Of a DNA stretch of 64,000 bases, positions 1 through 11,197 are shown piece by piece. The notes beneath the pieces are model-generated. The model saw only the letters and a program-made list of their open reading frames with translations. It was not told where the DNA came from and did no database searches. The DNA lies in assembly GCA_022842935.1 (NCBI GenBank), contig JALHOP010000007.1, positions 77,592-141,591 of the forward strand, given 5' to 3'. Both the position numbers and the translations under genes were made by a program. This DNA comes from Myxococcota bacterium. GTDB lineage: Bacteria > Myxococcota > XYA12-FULL-58-9 > JALHOP01. The first letter of the stretch is position 1. Each line of letters starts with the position of its first letter.

Positions 1-1
1 G

Positions 2-439
2 GTGCTCGGCATTGGCTCGGCCTACGGGCAACTCGGTACGCCGGTGCGCCGGGTCGACTTCTATGCCGCCGACGCAGCCGATCAAGTCTCGCGTTTCACG
101 GGCTCGCCGCGCATGACGCCGAGCTATCGTTTCGTGAACGACCTCGTGCGCCCACCACGGGTGCGCGATGCATTCATCCCCTATCAGCAGCCGTTCTCGG
201 GGTTCGACGCGCACAACTTCTACGCAGCTGGCGGGAGCGCGCTCGGACTCTACTTCGAGCAAAACGGTGCGCGTAGTGTCCGCGCGTTGCATGAGCGCGA
301 GCGGACCGGCGACTTGGTTCACCCGACCCTCGAGCAGGTCATCGCACGCATCCGTCGAAATGGCGGCGAACAGCGTATTTGGGACGCGAACAACCGCCTG
401 CCCCCGCTCGGTGATGATAACGCTCGTCACGCGCGTTGA
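2..439 (+). CDS. hypothetical protein, truncated at the 5' window edge (C-terminal fragment)
   Basis: Open frame running in from the window edge. No diagnostic motif recognised. The strand bias and codon usage match the neighbouring genes. Confidence 0.35.
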   Translation: MLGIGSAYGQLGTPVRRVDFYAADAADQVSRFTGSPRMTPSYRFVNDLVRPPRVRDAFIPYQQPFSGFDAHNFYAAGGSALGLYFEQNGARSVRALHERERTGDLVHPTLEQVIARIRRNGGEQRIWDANNRLPPLGDDNARHAR

Positions 440-524
440 TGCCTTGCCAGTCCACATAGTCGGCAGGTGAAAAGCGGGCCTCGTGGCGCTCCCCGCGCTA
501 ACTTAAGGCCGACGGAGACGTTCC

Positions 525-1751
525 ATGCACAAGGCACTTGGTATCGCGGCCCTCGCGGTCGGTATCGCTTGCAGTAGCGACAAGAGCATCAACCAGCCGC
601 CGGCTGCCGACCCATCGGCCTGTCCAGGCACCACCCTCTCGACGGGGGCGACCGCAACTGCTCCCGGCACGCCCGATCTCACCATCCAAAGTGGTTTGCG
701 CCTCGAGGTCATCGCTCGGGTGAACGGCGCGCGCGAGCTCGCCGCGCTGCCCAACGGCGACCTCATCGTCGGTACTGGTGGTACCGGCGTGTTCATCGTG
801 CCGCATGCTGACCTCGACGACGGTACCTACGCACCGATTCGCTTCGCCACCATCGATGATGCTCCGGCGGCGGGTGTCACCTTCGACGCGAGCACGTGTC
901 GCGTCTACGTGGGCACGAATCACGGTGTGTACTCCATCGCGTACGAAGACGGCGCTACAACGGGTACACCGGTTGGGCCGATCGCCCTGTTGCGTCAGAG
1001 CAACGACAATAGTCACGCGACGACCTCGGTCGCGGTCGCGGGCGACAAGCTCTACGCAGCGGTCGGCTCTTCATGCAACGCCTGCACCGAGTCCGATCCA
1101 ACGCGCGCTACGGTTCAGGTGATGAACCTCGACGGCACCGACATGACGACCTGCGCACGACGCTTCCGCAACCCCATCGCGCTCACGGTCAATCCAGCGA
1201 CAGGCGCGGTCTGGGCCGGCGGGGCGGGCCAAGACGACCTGCCGCTCGGGCACCCGTACGAGATCTTCGATCCCGTTTCGCTTCGTTCCGCCGGAGCGGA
1301 CTACGGCTGGCCCGACTGCGAAGAGAATCGGCGCGTCTACCGCGCAGGGGCCAATTGCTCGAACGTCGTTGTTCCCCGCGTCGCCATGCCTGCTTATTCG
1401 ACGCTCATCGGGGCCGCCTTCTATCCGCTATCGCCGACGGGAGCTCACGCCTTGCCCGCCCAGTATCGCGGAGGTGCCTTCGTCACCATGCACGGCTCCT
1501 GGCACCAAGAGAACGGCGACTACTACTCACCGCCCAGCGTCGCCTTCGTGCCCATGAACGGTGACACGCCCGTCACGCAAGCCGATTGGGACGACCCCCA
1601 TGCGCAGTGGACCGAGCTCGTCGGTGCCTTCCAAAACAGCGACGGCATCAGTCGCTTGGCGCGTCCTACGGGGATCGCGGTGGGGTCTCGCGGAAGCGTC
1701 TTCTTCGCCGATGACGCAAACGGCCTCATCTTCCGTATCCGTCCGGAGTAG
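525..1751 (+). CDS. lipoprotein, beta-propeller of the soluble glucose/sorbosone dehydrogenase-like (GSDH) family
   Basis: N-terminal signal peptide with lipobox (LAVGIAC). Segments NGDLIVGTGGTG and GDKLYAAVGSSCNAC resemble the repeated blades of the PQQ-type soluble aldose dehydrogenase fold. Ends GLIFRIRPE. Confidence 0.5.
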   Translation: MHKALGIAALAVGIACSSDKSINQPPAADPSACPGTTLSTGATATAPGTPDLTIQSGLRLEVIARVNGARELAALPNGDLIVGTGGTGVFIVPHADLDDGTYAPIRFATIDDAPAAGVTFDASTCRVYVGTNHGVYSIAYEDGATTGTPVGPIALLRQSNDNSHATTSVAVAGDKLYAAVGSSCNACTESDPTRATVQVMNLDGTDMTTCARRFRNPIALTVNPATGAVWAGGAGQDDLPLGHPYEIFDPVSLRSAGADYGWPDCEENRRVYRAGANCSNVVVPRVAMPAYSTLIGAAFYPLSPTGAHALPAQYRGGAFVTMHGSWHQENGDYYSPPSVAFVPMNGDTPVTQADWDDPHAQWTELVGAFQNSDGISRLARPTGIAVGSRGSVFFADDANGLIFRIRPE

Positions 1752-1941
1752 CAGGCGCCACAGCTGGGGCCATTGTCCGCCACAGCGGTGTCGCGTTTCG
1801 CCCCCACCGGGTCGTGGGTGGGGAGAAATGCCGCAACTCAGCGATGGCCAAAGGAAATTCGTTGGTGGACCCACTCCCCATTTGGGGCGCGCCGCTTACA
1901 TTTGAGTAGCGTTCGCGTCATTCAAATAGGGGGACAGGGCC

Positions 1942-2514
1942 ATGGGCGTTTGGTGGACCAAGCGGTTAGGTGCAGTGGTGTTGGCTGCGGTAGCTCAGTT
2001 GACGGCATGTGGCGGTGAGGGCGGCAACGGTGGCGATGATGGCGGCGACGAGCAGAACACCCCCGGCGAGCCCAGTCAGCGGACCGGAAGCGGCATCAGC
2101 GAAGCGTGTGCGTTGTTCCCCGGCGCCAGCACGCAAGTCAATCTGACGGCCAGCGCGGCCGGCGCGCCGCTCCTCAATGGCGCGACCAACTATCATGTGA
2201 TCACCGCGGAAGGAGCCGCAGGTTGGACCGGCTACTTCTCGTTCACCACGCGCGGTGGCGACGTTGTTTTCAGCGTGGACACCACTGCGATCACGCTCGA
2301 CCTGCCGCAGGGCCAGGCCAAGCCGCCGACCCCGACGTTCATCGTGACCTCGAACGGCGGTGCGGTCTCGGCATCCGAGGCAGTTGCCGCTCCGCTCGAG
2401 TGTGAATCCGTCGCTGGAGCCTATCGCTACGAGCTCGGCGCAGGCACGTATCAGGTCCTCGTGAACCCAACTGCCTGGTACCAGTTCCGTCTCGTCGCGT
2501 CCGAGGTTGACTGA
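1942..2514 (+). CDS. hypothetical lipoprotein
   Basis: Signal peptide with lipobox (AQLTAC), followed by a Gly/Asp-rich linker. No known catalytic motif. Confidence 0.5.
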   Translation: MGVWWTKRLGAVVLAAVAQLTACGGEGGNGGDDGGDEQNTPGEPSQRTGSGISEACALFPGASTQVNLTASAAGAPLLNGATNYHVITAEGAAGWTGYFSFTTRGGDVVFSVDTTAITLDLPQGQAKPPTPTFIVTSNGGAVSASEAVAAPLECESVAGAYRYELGAGTYQVLVNPTAWYQFRLVASEVD

Positions 2515-2621
2515 AGCGCGATCGCGTCGGGATCATGCCGTTCAAACGCGCCTGACGAGGCGATAGGCTGGCGAGCGTCGCCCGAGAGATTCCCGCCGCT
2601 ATCTCTTCTGTTGCCCGTCCT

Positions 2622-3728
2622 TCAAGACGTGAGCACCTCGTCCGCGCGGAGGTCATCGATAGCGGTGGCTTGACGTCCAACGAGCGTTTCCAACAACGAT
2701 TTGGCGCTCCCTTGCGCAGAGTTGTGGAGAGAGACGCTGGTCGCGGTGCGGTAGAACGCGACGTTGACGCAGTGTCTGTAGAGGTCGAACCACGCGTCAT
2801 AAGCTGGGGTGATTGCGGCCTCGTCGTAGTAGGTGCGCAGGCTCGTCATCTCGAGAGAGCGCCGAACTTCGGGCGCGACCGAGCTCGAGAAAAAGAACGC
2901 GACATCGAAGGCTCCCGCGCCGCGACTGACGAGCTGCCAATCGAAGATGATCGGTTCTCCGCTTTGGCGGAAGAACATGTTGTCAGCTTTGCAGTCGCCG
3001 TGAAGCAAGACAGGCGATGAATCCGCAACGCGACGAATCGAGGATACAGCTCCTCGTGCCATCCGGTCCCCGACGCGGCGGGCGCGTTCGCCCAAGGATT
3101 CGCCTCTTTCGGCCCGCCACCGTGCCCAGCGGTCGGCACGCGGATCCGCGCCTTGCTGCCGTTGTGCGATGTGCATGAACGGGGGAGGCCAGGAGGCGGA
3201 CGCCAGCTGCCGAAACGTGGACGGCTGATGCAGGTCCGCGAGCGTACGGAGTACCTGCTCGGCCTGTCGTTGCGAGCAGCCAGCGTCGATGTCGCCCGCT
3301 GTCAGCGTCACATCATGGCTCAGGTCTTCGAGGACCAGCACCCCTTTGCCGTCCGCATCGACGTGTCCAAAGTAGAACTTCGGCGTGAGAACCGTCAGGC
3401 GTGGGGAGCAGTTGCGGTAAAAGTCGATCTCGTGCGCGCTCCAACCAGCGATACGATTGGCGCGCGCAATGGTGGGGTTGCTCGTGGGGAGCTTCACGAT
3501 AAGGCGCAGCGGCGTTGGGTTTCGAGCGTCTGCAACGACGGCACTCACGCGAACAGTCTGGCTCGCGGCCCCAGTCGCGACGGGTTCGACAGCCGACGCC
3601 TGGACACGCTCGTTGACGCCTACGACTGCGGCACAGCGCAATGCGCGGGTGAGCCAGTCGTCCGTCAGGTCGCCTGCGCTAAGTGGCAAATCGATGGGCG
3701 TTGGGGGCACTGGCGTCCAGCTCATCAC
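2622..3728 (-). CDS. phosphotransferase-family kinase (APH / choline-kinase-like fold)
   Basis: Brenner-type catalytic motif LLHGDCKADNMFF and a downstream IIFDWQ motif, as in aminoglycoside phosphotransferase-like kinases. Lies directly downstream of dnaK on the same strand. Confidence 0.6.
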   Translation of the reverse strand: MMSWTPVPPTPIDLPLSAGDLTDDWLTRALRCAAVVGVNERVQASAVEPVATGAASQTVRVSAVVADARNPTPLRLIVKLPTSNPTIARANRIAGWSAHEIDFYRNCSPRLTVLTPKFYFGHVDADGKGVLVLEDLSHDVTLTAGDIDAGCSQRQAEQVLRTLADLHQPSTFRQLASASWPPPFMHIAQRQQGADPRADRWARWRAERGESLGERARRVGDRMARGAVSSIRRVADSSPVLLHGDCKADNMFFRQSGEPIIFDWQLVSRGAGAFDVAFFFSSSVAPEVRRSLEMTSLRTYYDEAAITPAYDAWFDLYRHCVNVAFYRTATSVSLHNSAQGSAKSLLETLVGRQATAIDDLRADEVLTS

Positions 3729-3777
3729 ACGGTCCCGGCGACCCGCAAATGCACTCGAGCAGCAAGTTTAAGCGCAA

Positions 3778-5580
<1,803 letters not shown>

Positions 5581-5794
5581 GGGCTTCGTGGCTCGGGAAA
5601 ACCACGACAGTCGCAAGAATGTCACACATTGGTGCCCGGCGCACGTCGAGGTGGGCACGACCATCCAGAGGGCTATCGTCACTGGGGGGCGACGGCCGGG
5701 GCCGGGGATGACCCGAGCCGAGCGAGAGCGCCCCATCATGGCAGTGCCCCTCACCGCGTGGACCGCGAAGACGCACGCGTGTTACGCTTTGTCC

Positions 5795-6040
5795 ATGGTC
5801 GACAAGGCTCGCATCGTCAGTGCGCTCGTCGAGCTAGAGCTCGACCTGGTCGCCGCGTACCTGTTCGGCTCCGCCGCGCGGAATCAGCTCCGGAAGGGTA
5901 GTGACTTCGATCTCGGGGTCCTGACTGCGGGAGTGCCTCTTCTGCCCGTTCAGCGCTGGGAGCTTCAGGAGCAGCTAGCGGCGCAGCTCAATCGCAACAT
6001 CGACCTCATCAAGCAGCGCGGTTCTGTCTATGGTCGATGA
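5795..6040 (+). CDS. MNT-type nucleotidyltransferase antitoxin (partner of HepT)
   Basis: Minimal nucleotidyltransferase motif LFGSAARNQLRKGSDFDLGVL. Its 3' end overlaps the start of the HepT gene. Start chosen at the internal Met (MVDKAR); the ORF-track frame extends upstream and overlaps dnaK, which is implausible. An alternative start is about 57 nt upstream (MAVPL). Confidence 0.6.
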   Translation: MVDKARIVSALVELELDLVAAYLFGSAARNQLRKGSDFDLGVLTAGVPLLPVQRWELQEQLAAQLNRNIDLIKQRGSVYGR

Positions 6041-6455
6041 CGTCGTCCTCAACAAAGTCGCGAGCATCGAACGATGTCTGCAACGCGTGCGCGACGAGTA
6101 CGACGGCCGGCCAGAGAATCTCGACAACCAAACAAAGCAGGACGCGATCGTCTTGAATCTGCAGCGAGCGTGCGAAGCCTCGATCGACCTCGCGATGCAT
6201 CTGGTGAGCCGTTTGCGTCTCGGCGTCCCGCAGGAGAGGCGTGACGCATTCGAGCTCCTCGCAGGCGCTGGTCTGCTGCAGCGGTCACTAAGTGACGCTT
6301 TGAAGCAAATGGTCGGTTTTCGAAACGTCGCGGTGGACGACTATCAGAAGCTAAGCTTGCCCATCGTGAGGGCGATAGTGGAGCACCGGCTCGCTGACTT
6401 CGTCGATTTCTCGCGCGTGGCCATCGCGACGGCAGAGCGCACCGCATCCCAATAG
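6030..6455 (+). CDS. HepT-like (DUF86) toxin of a HepT/MNT pair
   Basis: DUF86/HepT-like sequence with a C-terminal Rx4HxY-type motif, here GFRNVAVDDYQKL (His replaced by Asp). An 11-nt overlap with the upstream MNT gene is typical toxin-antitoxin architecture. Confidence 0.65.
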   Translation: MVDDVVLNKVASIERCLQRVRDEYDGRPENLDNQTKQDAIVLNLQRACEASIDLAMHLVSRLRLGVPQERRDAFELLAGAGLLQRSLSDALKQMVGFRNVAVDDYQKLSLPIVRAIVEHRLADFVDFSRVAIATAERTASQ

Positions 6456-6500
6456 AGCGCTGAAAAGTTACGCCAAGGCGCTCGCGGTTCTCGAGGCGGA

Positions 6501-7928
6501 TCACTCTCCGCGCAGAGAAACGAGTGCTGCGGCCTGGCGAAGCGACATGCCCAGCTTATCGATCTGGGAAAGTAGCCGCATCGCGACGTCTTGGACGTTG
6601 CTCGGCTCGGTTGCGCCGCGCCGCTCGATACAGCTCAGCGCCGCCCGGGCGTGGAAGGCATAGATTCCGTTGCTGTCGAGCTCACCACGCATGCGCTTTG
6701 CGAGGACTCCAATCAGCACACGTTCGACCCCAGTGCGTGCGGGGTCGACCGCAAAAGCATAGCCACGCCGAACGTCGTCCTCAGGCACCTTCGCGCCGAT
6801 CTTCTTCGGAAGCCGAAACGCTTCTTCGAAATCGGCCAACGCGGCCATTGCCTGCGAGGCGCTCGAGCTCGGAACGTGTGCCACTTCGAACTCTGTCGGA
6901 TACGGGTCTGACAGGGGCGCGGCTTGGTCGATCGAAGCGCGCAAGCGCATAGCGATCTCGAACGTCACCATGTGTTCCCAGGGCTTGGTGTACTCGTTGC
7001 GTTGCCACTCCGGCCGCTGCGCTTCAATTTCGCGCTTCTCGCAGCTCTGGGTGAGCCCCTCGCCGTCAAACACTGCATTGCGAATGATCGGCGCAAGCTC
7101 TGCTTTGGCCTCGGGCGAGATTGCGTCGAAGCTCGCCGCGATAGCGCTTAGCCGCTCGGCACGAAGCACGTCGAAGCTGCCGGACATCGTCTCGCGAACG
7201 AGGGGAGCAAGCTCTGCTCTGGCCTCGAGCGAGAGTGCGTCGAAGCTCGTCGCGATAGCGCTGAACTTCCCGCCCAGAAGCGCGTCGAAGAAGTCTGCAC
7301 GCATCGCGATGTCGGGGTGGGTGACTGGGTTGATGTGATCGCCCGCAGCCACGAAGCCTTCGAGAAGTGCGCGGGTGCTGGCGTCAACCTTTCGTCGTGT
7401 GTGGTCGAGCCGTTGAAGGAGCTGCTTTGAGCGCCGGGCGAGAAGTACTACCACCTCTGGAGCCTCGACCCGTGCCTCGTCGGTCCCCACACGGTTGGTC
7501 CCTGGTGGGATGAGCTCTGCGAGGTTTGCGCGCGCCTCGTCGTTGAGGGTCTGCCCCTGCCGACGGTAGCTCAACTCCTCCCGGTAGCCCCAAATGTGGA
7601 ACGCCGCGTGACAGGCCGCGGCACCTGCCGCGCAGGCCTGCAACAGAGGTCCGCCCGCTCCCAGGAGGGGGACCGGGATGAGTCCCCACAGGATGAGCGC
7701 GAACATGCTAGGATCAGCTAGTTTCTCCACGAAATCGGCCGGTAAATCGCTCGGCTTCGGCGTCCGCACGAGGTGGTCCGTGTTACGCTCGAACGTCGTG
7801 ACGCTCTTTTTGACTCGTTGCTGGAGCTCGCTTCCCGAGGGGGCGCGCACGACCAGCTCTCCGCCAGTCGAGGGCAGAACGACGAATCGCTGGCTGACAA
7901 GTGTGGAAGCTGTCGTCGTGCTCGTCAT
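6501..7928 (-). CDS. hypothetical membrane protein with an internal duplicated segment
   Basis: Predicted transmembrane segment (MFALILWGLIPVPLLGAGGPLL). Two near-identical units of about 30 aa (AIATSFDALSLEARAELAPLVRE / AIAASFDAISPEAKAELAPIIRN). No recognisable family. Confidence 0.5.
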   Translation of the reverse strand: MTSTTTASTLVSQRFVVLPSTGGELVVRAPSGSELQQRVKKSVTTFERNTDHLVRTPKPSDLPADFVEKLADPSMFALILWGLIPVPLLGAGGPLLQACAAGAAACHAAFHIWGYREELSYRRQGQTLNDEARANLAELIPPGTNRVGTDEARVEAPEVVVLLARRSKQLLQRLDHTRRKVDASTRALLEGFVAAGDHINPVTHPDIAMRADFFDALLGGKFSAIATSFDALSLEARAELAPLVRETMSGSFDVLRAERLSAIAASFDAISPEAKAELAPIIRNAVFDGEGLTQSCEKREIEAQRPEWQRNEYTKPWEHMVTFEIAMRLRASIDQAAPLSDPYPTEFEVAHVPSSSASQAMAALADFEEAFRLPKKIGAKVPEDDVRRGYAFAVDPARTGVERVLIGVLAKRMRGELDSNGIYAFHARAALSCIERRGATEPSNVQDVAMRLLSQIDKLGMSLRQAAALVSLRGE

Positions 7929-8023
7929 GAATCACCTCTAGTTTCCAGCTTGAGCCAAAGCGTTTTTCGCATCGCGAACCCCAAAAAGGCCCCATCCCGG
8001 CGACCCGCGGCTGAATTGCTGCG

Positions 8024-9496
8024 CTATGCCGCCTTGAACGCGGCACGAAGGCGTTCGACAGCCTCCGCGAGCGTGCGACCGTGTTCGCTATCGCGGGCGC
8101 CACTCATCCGCGTGAGTACCTGCTCGAGCTTTGCGGGGTACTTGAAGTCGTCGAGGCTCTTTGCGATCGGCGCGGCGAGTGGTCCAGCGCGTAGGCTCCT
8201 CACGAGTAGTGCGAGCTCATCGCACAGTGTCGCGGCCTTCACCGCGTCGCCCGGATCGGTGAAGCGCCCATAGCCCGCGATCTTGCTGAGACCGTCCACG
8301 TAAGCACCGACGACCTCACGCGCCCCGTTGACCGCGGTCTCACGCGAGCGTGGCGTGTCGACGAACCCCTCGAACACGATGACGTCGAGGCCGTGATTGA
8401 GACGGTAGTCTTCGGCCTTGCTGACGCCCAGGCCGTTCGCGGCGATGACGTGCGGTAGACCCTTGGTGACGAGAATCTGCTCGACCGTCTCGGGTGCGCG
8501 GTCGCGGTGGTTGATGGTGAACTTGCGCTCGAACGGATAGCCTACCCGGTGACGCGGGAGCGTTGTATCGACGGCCGCGCTGCGCCGCATGTCACCAAGG
8601 TCGAGCTTTGCTGCAACGTTGGGCTTTACCGCGCGCAAAATGGCCAGCGCTTCATGCGCCACGTCCGCGATCGCGGCACGACAAACTGCCCCGCGTCCGG
8701 CAAAGTGACTTAGCAGGGCTTGATGCGATGCTTCGGGGGTCAACGCAGGCATGGCGTCTTGCCACTGATAGCCATCCCAGGACCTGACGGACACCGAATC
8801 GGTGACGCGAAGGAACGGCACCGGCGTTCCGAAGACTGACGCGGGGCGTTGGTTGTGCATCGCCTTTGCGGCGCCAACTAGGTCGACGAGCGATGCGACT
8901 TCTTTTTCTCCTACGATCGTCGAGAGGTCGATGAGGCTGCGTTCGGCGAGTGCGTTCACGAGCCCAAGGCCTGCCGCGATGTATTCGGCACGTGTGCTGC
9001 CCGCGTCGACCCCCCGTCGGGGATGCGACTCCGTCTCGAAAAGCTGCTCTGGCCAATCTTTGATGTTCCAAGCGAGGGAGCCGGTGAGCGCCTTGAAGAT
9101 CGAATCCCCAACCTGCTTGAGCCTGACTGCGGCATCGCAACCCGGCTGAAACCAACCGCGCAGCATGTCATGAACGGCGACTCGCGCTCGGTGAGCCTGA
9201 CCCGCTTCGCCCGTAAAGTCGCGTTTGATGTTGGCGAAATGATGCATGTTGCCGAGCACGCCCGCGACAACAACAGCACGCTGCATGGCCTCGGGCGACA
9301 ACGTCTTCGCCGGCCGCGGTGGTTGTTTGCACTCGACGCCGTCCGGCCCATGAGGCTGACGAAGGGATTGCATTTGCGGGCCGCTCGCTGTCAGCGAAGG
9401 GCCAAGGTCGATTAGCCTGAGAGTCAGCCAGGGTAGGTTGAGGGCGACTGCATTTGGGGCATTGTCGACGTTCATGGTGACAGTATCGGACGGCAC
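8024..9496 (-). CDS. hypothetical protein (490 aa, no signal peptide)
   Basis: Long ORF in the coding strand context of the ECF operon. No motif recognised. Confidence 0.45.
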   Translation of the reverse strand: MPSDTVTMNVDNAPNAVALNLPWLTLRLIDLGPSLTASGPQMQSLRQPHGPDGVECKQPPRPAKTLSPEAMQRAVVVAGVLGNMHHFANIKRDFTGEAGQAHRARVAVHDMLRGWFQPGCDAAVRLKQVGDSIFKALTGSLAWNIKDWPEQLFETESHPRRGVDAGSTRAEYIAAGLGLVNALAERSLIDLSTIVGEKEVASLVDLVGAAKAMHNQRPASVFGTPVPFLRVTDSVSVRSWDGYQWQDAMPALTPEASHQALLSHFAGRGAVCRAAIADVAHEALAILRAVKPNVAAKLDLGDMRRSAAVDTTLPRHRVGYPFERKFTINHRDRAPETVEQILVTKGLPHVIAANGLGVSKAEDYRLNHGLDVIVFEGFVDTPRSRETAVNGAREVVGAYVDGLSKIAGYGRFTDPGDAVKAATLCDELALLVRSLRAGPLAAPIAKSLDDFKYPAKLEQVLTRMSGARDSEHGRTLAEAVERLRAAFKAA

Positions 9497-9552
9497 CTAA
9501 GGCTAGTTCGCCCCAGAACACTGCCACCTCGTCATGGCCCCGACGGCGTGCG

Positions 9553-10047
9553 CTAGCGGCGGCGCTCGCGGTTCTCCTTCATGCGCTCGCGCACGCGCTG
9601 GCGTTGCTCCTCGCTTAGGTTGTCGCGCTTGTCGAGTCGCTCGAGCAGTCGCTGTCGGTCTTCGGGGGCCATGCGCGAGAGGTTTCGGTAGACTTCCCGC
9701 AGGCGCTCGCGGCGCTCGGGTGAATACGTCTTGAAGCGCTCGAACTGGTCGCGAACGCGGCGCTGGTCGTCGGCCGATAACCGCTTGAACGCACGGTAAC
9801 TATCGACGAGCGCAGCGCGTCGTTCGGGCGACAAAGCGCGGAACTTGGCGTAGCGCTCGCGCACTGCCTGCTTCTGCTCGGGCGTAAGCGTCTTGAAGCG
9901 CTCGAAAGCGGTCCGTACCTTCGCTTTTTCGTCTTCGGAAAGCTCGTTCCAGCGCTCCATGGGGGCGACTTCGCGCGGAGCGTCCTGGGCCACCGCGACG
10001 CGCGCGACGGCGAGAATGGCGAGCGTCACCAGGGTCGTGAGCTTCAT
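9553..10047 (-). CDS. periplasmic DUF3106-like repeat protein, third gene of the ECF sigma module
   Basis: Signal peptide, then four or five repeats of the pattern RxRFxxLSPEqRxxL (FERFKTLTPEQKQAV, YAKFRALSPERRAAL, FERFKTYSPERRERL). Its ATG overlaps the anti-sigma stop (ATGA). Confidence 0.6.
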   Translation of the reverse strand: MKLTTLVTLAILAVARVAVAQDAPREVAPMERWNELSEDEKAKVRTAFERFKTLTPEQKQAVRERYAKFRALSPERRAALVDSYRAFKRLSADDQRRVRDQFERFKTYSPERRERLREVYRNLSRMAPEDRQRLLERLDKRDNLSEEQRQRVRERMKENRERRR

Positions 10048-10391
10048 TGCGGCACCTCATCGGTCTTGGGGCTGTCTGCCGAGGCGAGCAGCTCGAGCAC
10101 TTCGAGGTCGGCGACGACGTCGTAGTCCTCGTAGAGATCCATCTCGTAGGCGATCTCGAGCGCCGCTTGGGCTTCGTCGGTCTTGTCGGGGACGATGATA
10201 GCGACCGCGATAGCGGCTGCCGTTGCGGCGATAGCGCCGAGACTCATCACCCAAACACGAAACCCGCGTCGCGCGCGCTGGGCCTTGTGCTCCGCGAGCC
10301 GCGCGTGAAAGCGCGTATCGAACCCTGGGCGCATCTCTTCATCGGCGTCCGTTGCCAGCAAGGCATCGAGCGGATCGGTTTCGGGCTTCAT
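10044..10391 (-). CDS. anti-sigma factor (single-pass membrane protein) cognate to the ECF sigma
   Basis: Start overlaps the sigma-factor stop (ATGA). A cytoplasmic N-terminus is followed by one transmembrane helix (VWVMSLGAIAATAAAIAVAIIV). This architecture is typical of the small anti-sigma factors found with DUF3106. The ORF-track frame begins 51 codons further upstream; I chose the Met that couples to the sigma stop. Confidence 0.55.
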   Translation of the reverse strand: MKPETDPLDALLATDADEEMRPGFDTRFHARLAEHKAQRARRGFRVWVMSLGAIAATAAAIAVAIIVPDKTDEAQAALEIAYEMDLYEDYDVVADLEVLELLASADSPKTDEVPQ

Positions 10392-11014
10392 GTGCTGCTC
10401 CTTGCTTCGGTAGCCGCTGGCATCCATGGGGCGAGGTCCGTGGTGAGACGTGCGCGCGCCCGATGAACCAGTGACTTCACGGCTGCTTCGGTGACGTCGA
10501 GCATGTCTGCGGCTTCGCGGTAGCTCGCGCCTTCGTAGTGGCACAACACTAGCGCTGCTCGCTGTGTGTCGGGAAGCTTGGCGAGCGCGATGCGCAGCGA
10601 CTCGCGCAGGTCGCTGCGCTCGACCAGATGGTCCGCTGAGGCGTTGTCGCCTTGCATCGTGCGGTCGAGATCGGGATCGACGCTCGTCATGCGTTCGCTC
10701 TTCTTGGCGCGGCTGTTCAAGCAGTGGTTGATGGCGATGCGGTAAAGGAAGGTCGAGAAGCGCGCCTTGGGCGTGTAGCTCTTCTTTGCCCCGTAGAGCT
10801 TCAAGAAGACGTCCTGGGCTGCCTCTTCGGCGCGCGCGCGATCCCCGAGCATGCGCCTCGCCAGGTTGAAGATGCGGGTCTTGTAGCGATCGTAAAGCTC
10901 CACGAAAGCACCCTCATTGCCCTGCACGAACGCGGTCATGGCCCGGGCATCGGCGTCGTCCACACTCCCTTCAACCGGGGAGCGGCCGTTTGGTTGCGGG
11001 TCGGCCTCAGTCAC
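10388..11014 (-). CDS. RNA polymerase ECF-type sigma-70 factor
   Basis: Region 2 (FVELYDRYKTRIFNLARRMLGDRARAEEAAQDVFLKLY) and region 4 HTH (LPDTQRAALVLCHYEGASYREAADMLDVTEAAVKSLVHRAR). An alternative start is 25 codons downstream. Confidence 0.8.
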   Translation of the reverse strand: MTEADPQPNGRSPVEGSVDDADARAMTAFVQGNEGAFVELYDRYKTRIFNLARRMLGDRARAEEAAQDVFLKLYGAKKSYTPKARFSTFLYRIAINHCLNSRAKKSERMTSVDPDLDRTMQGDNASADHLVERSDLRESLRIALAKLPDTQRAALVLCHYEGASYREAADMLDVTEAAVKSLVHRARARLTTDLAPWMPAATEARSST

Positions 11015-11197
11015 CCAGGACCTCCCAGCTCTCGAGTAGCTCTAGCGAGCGCAGGAGCTCGAGGTCTTCGAGGAGCTCAGGTGGTGGCGCACAGGTCGGT
11101 AGAGGTGGGCCAACGAAGGTCGGTGGCGGCGGGACGTCAGAGCACGGGACGACTACGGGGTCGCCGAGGAGAGCGAGCAGGATGAGGGCCCGGGCGC

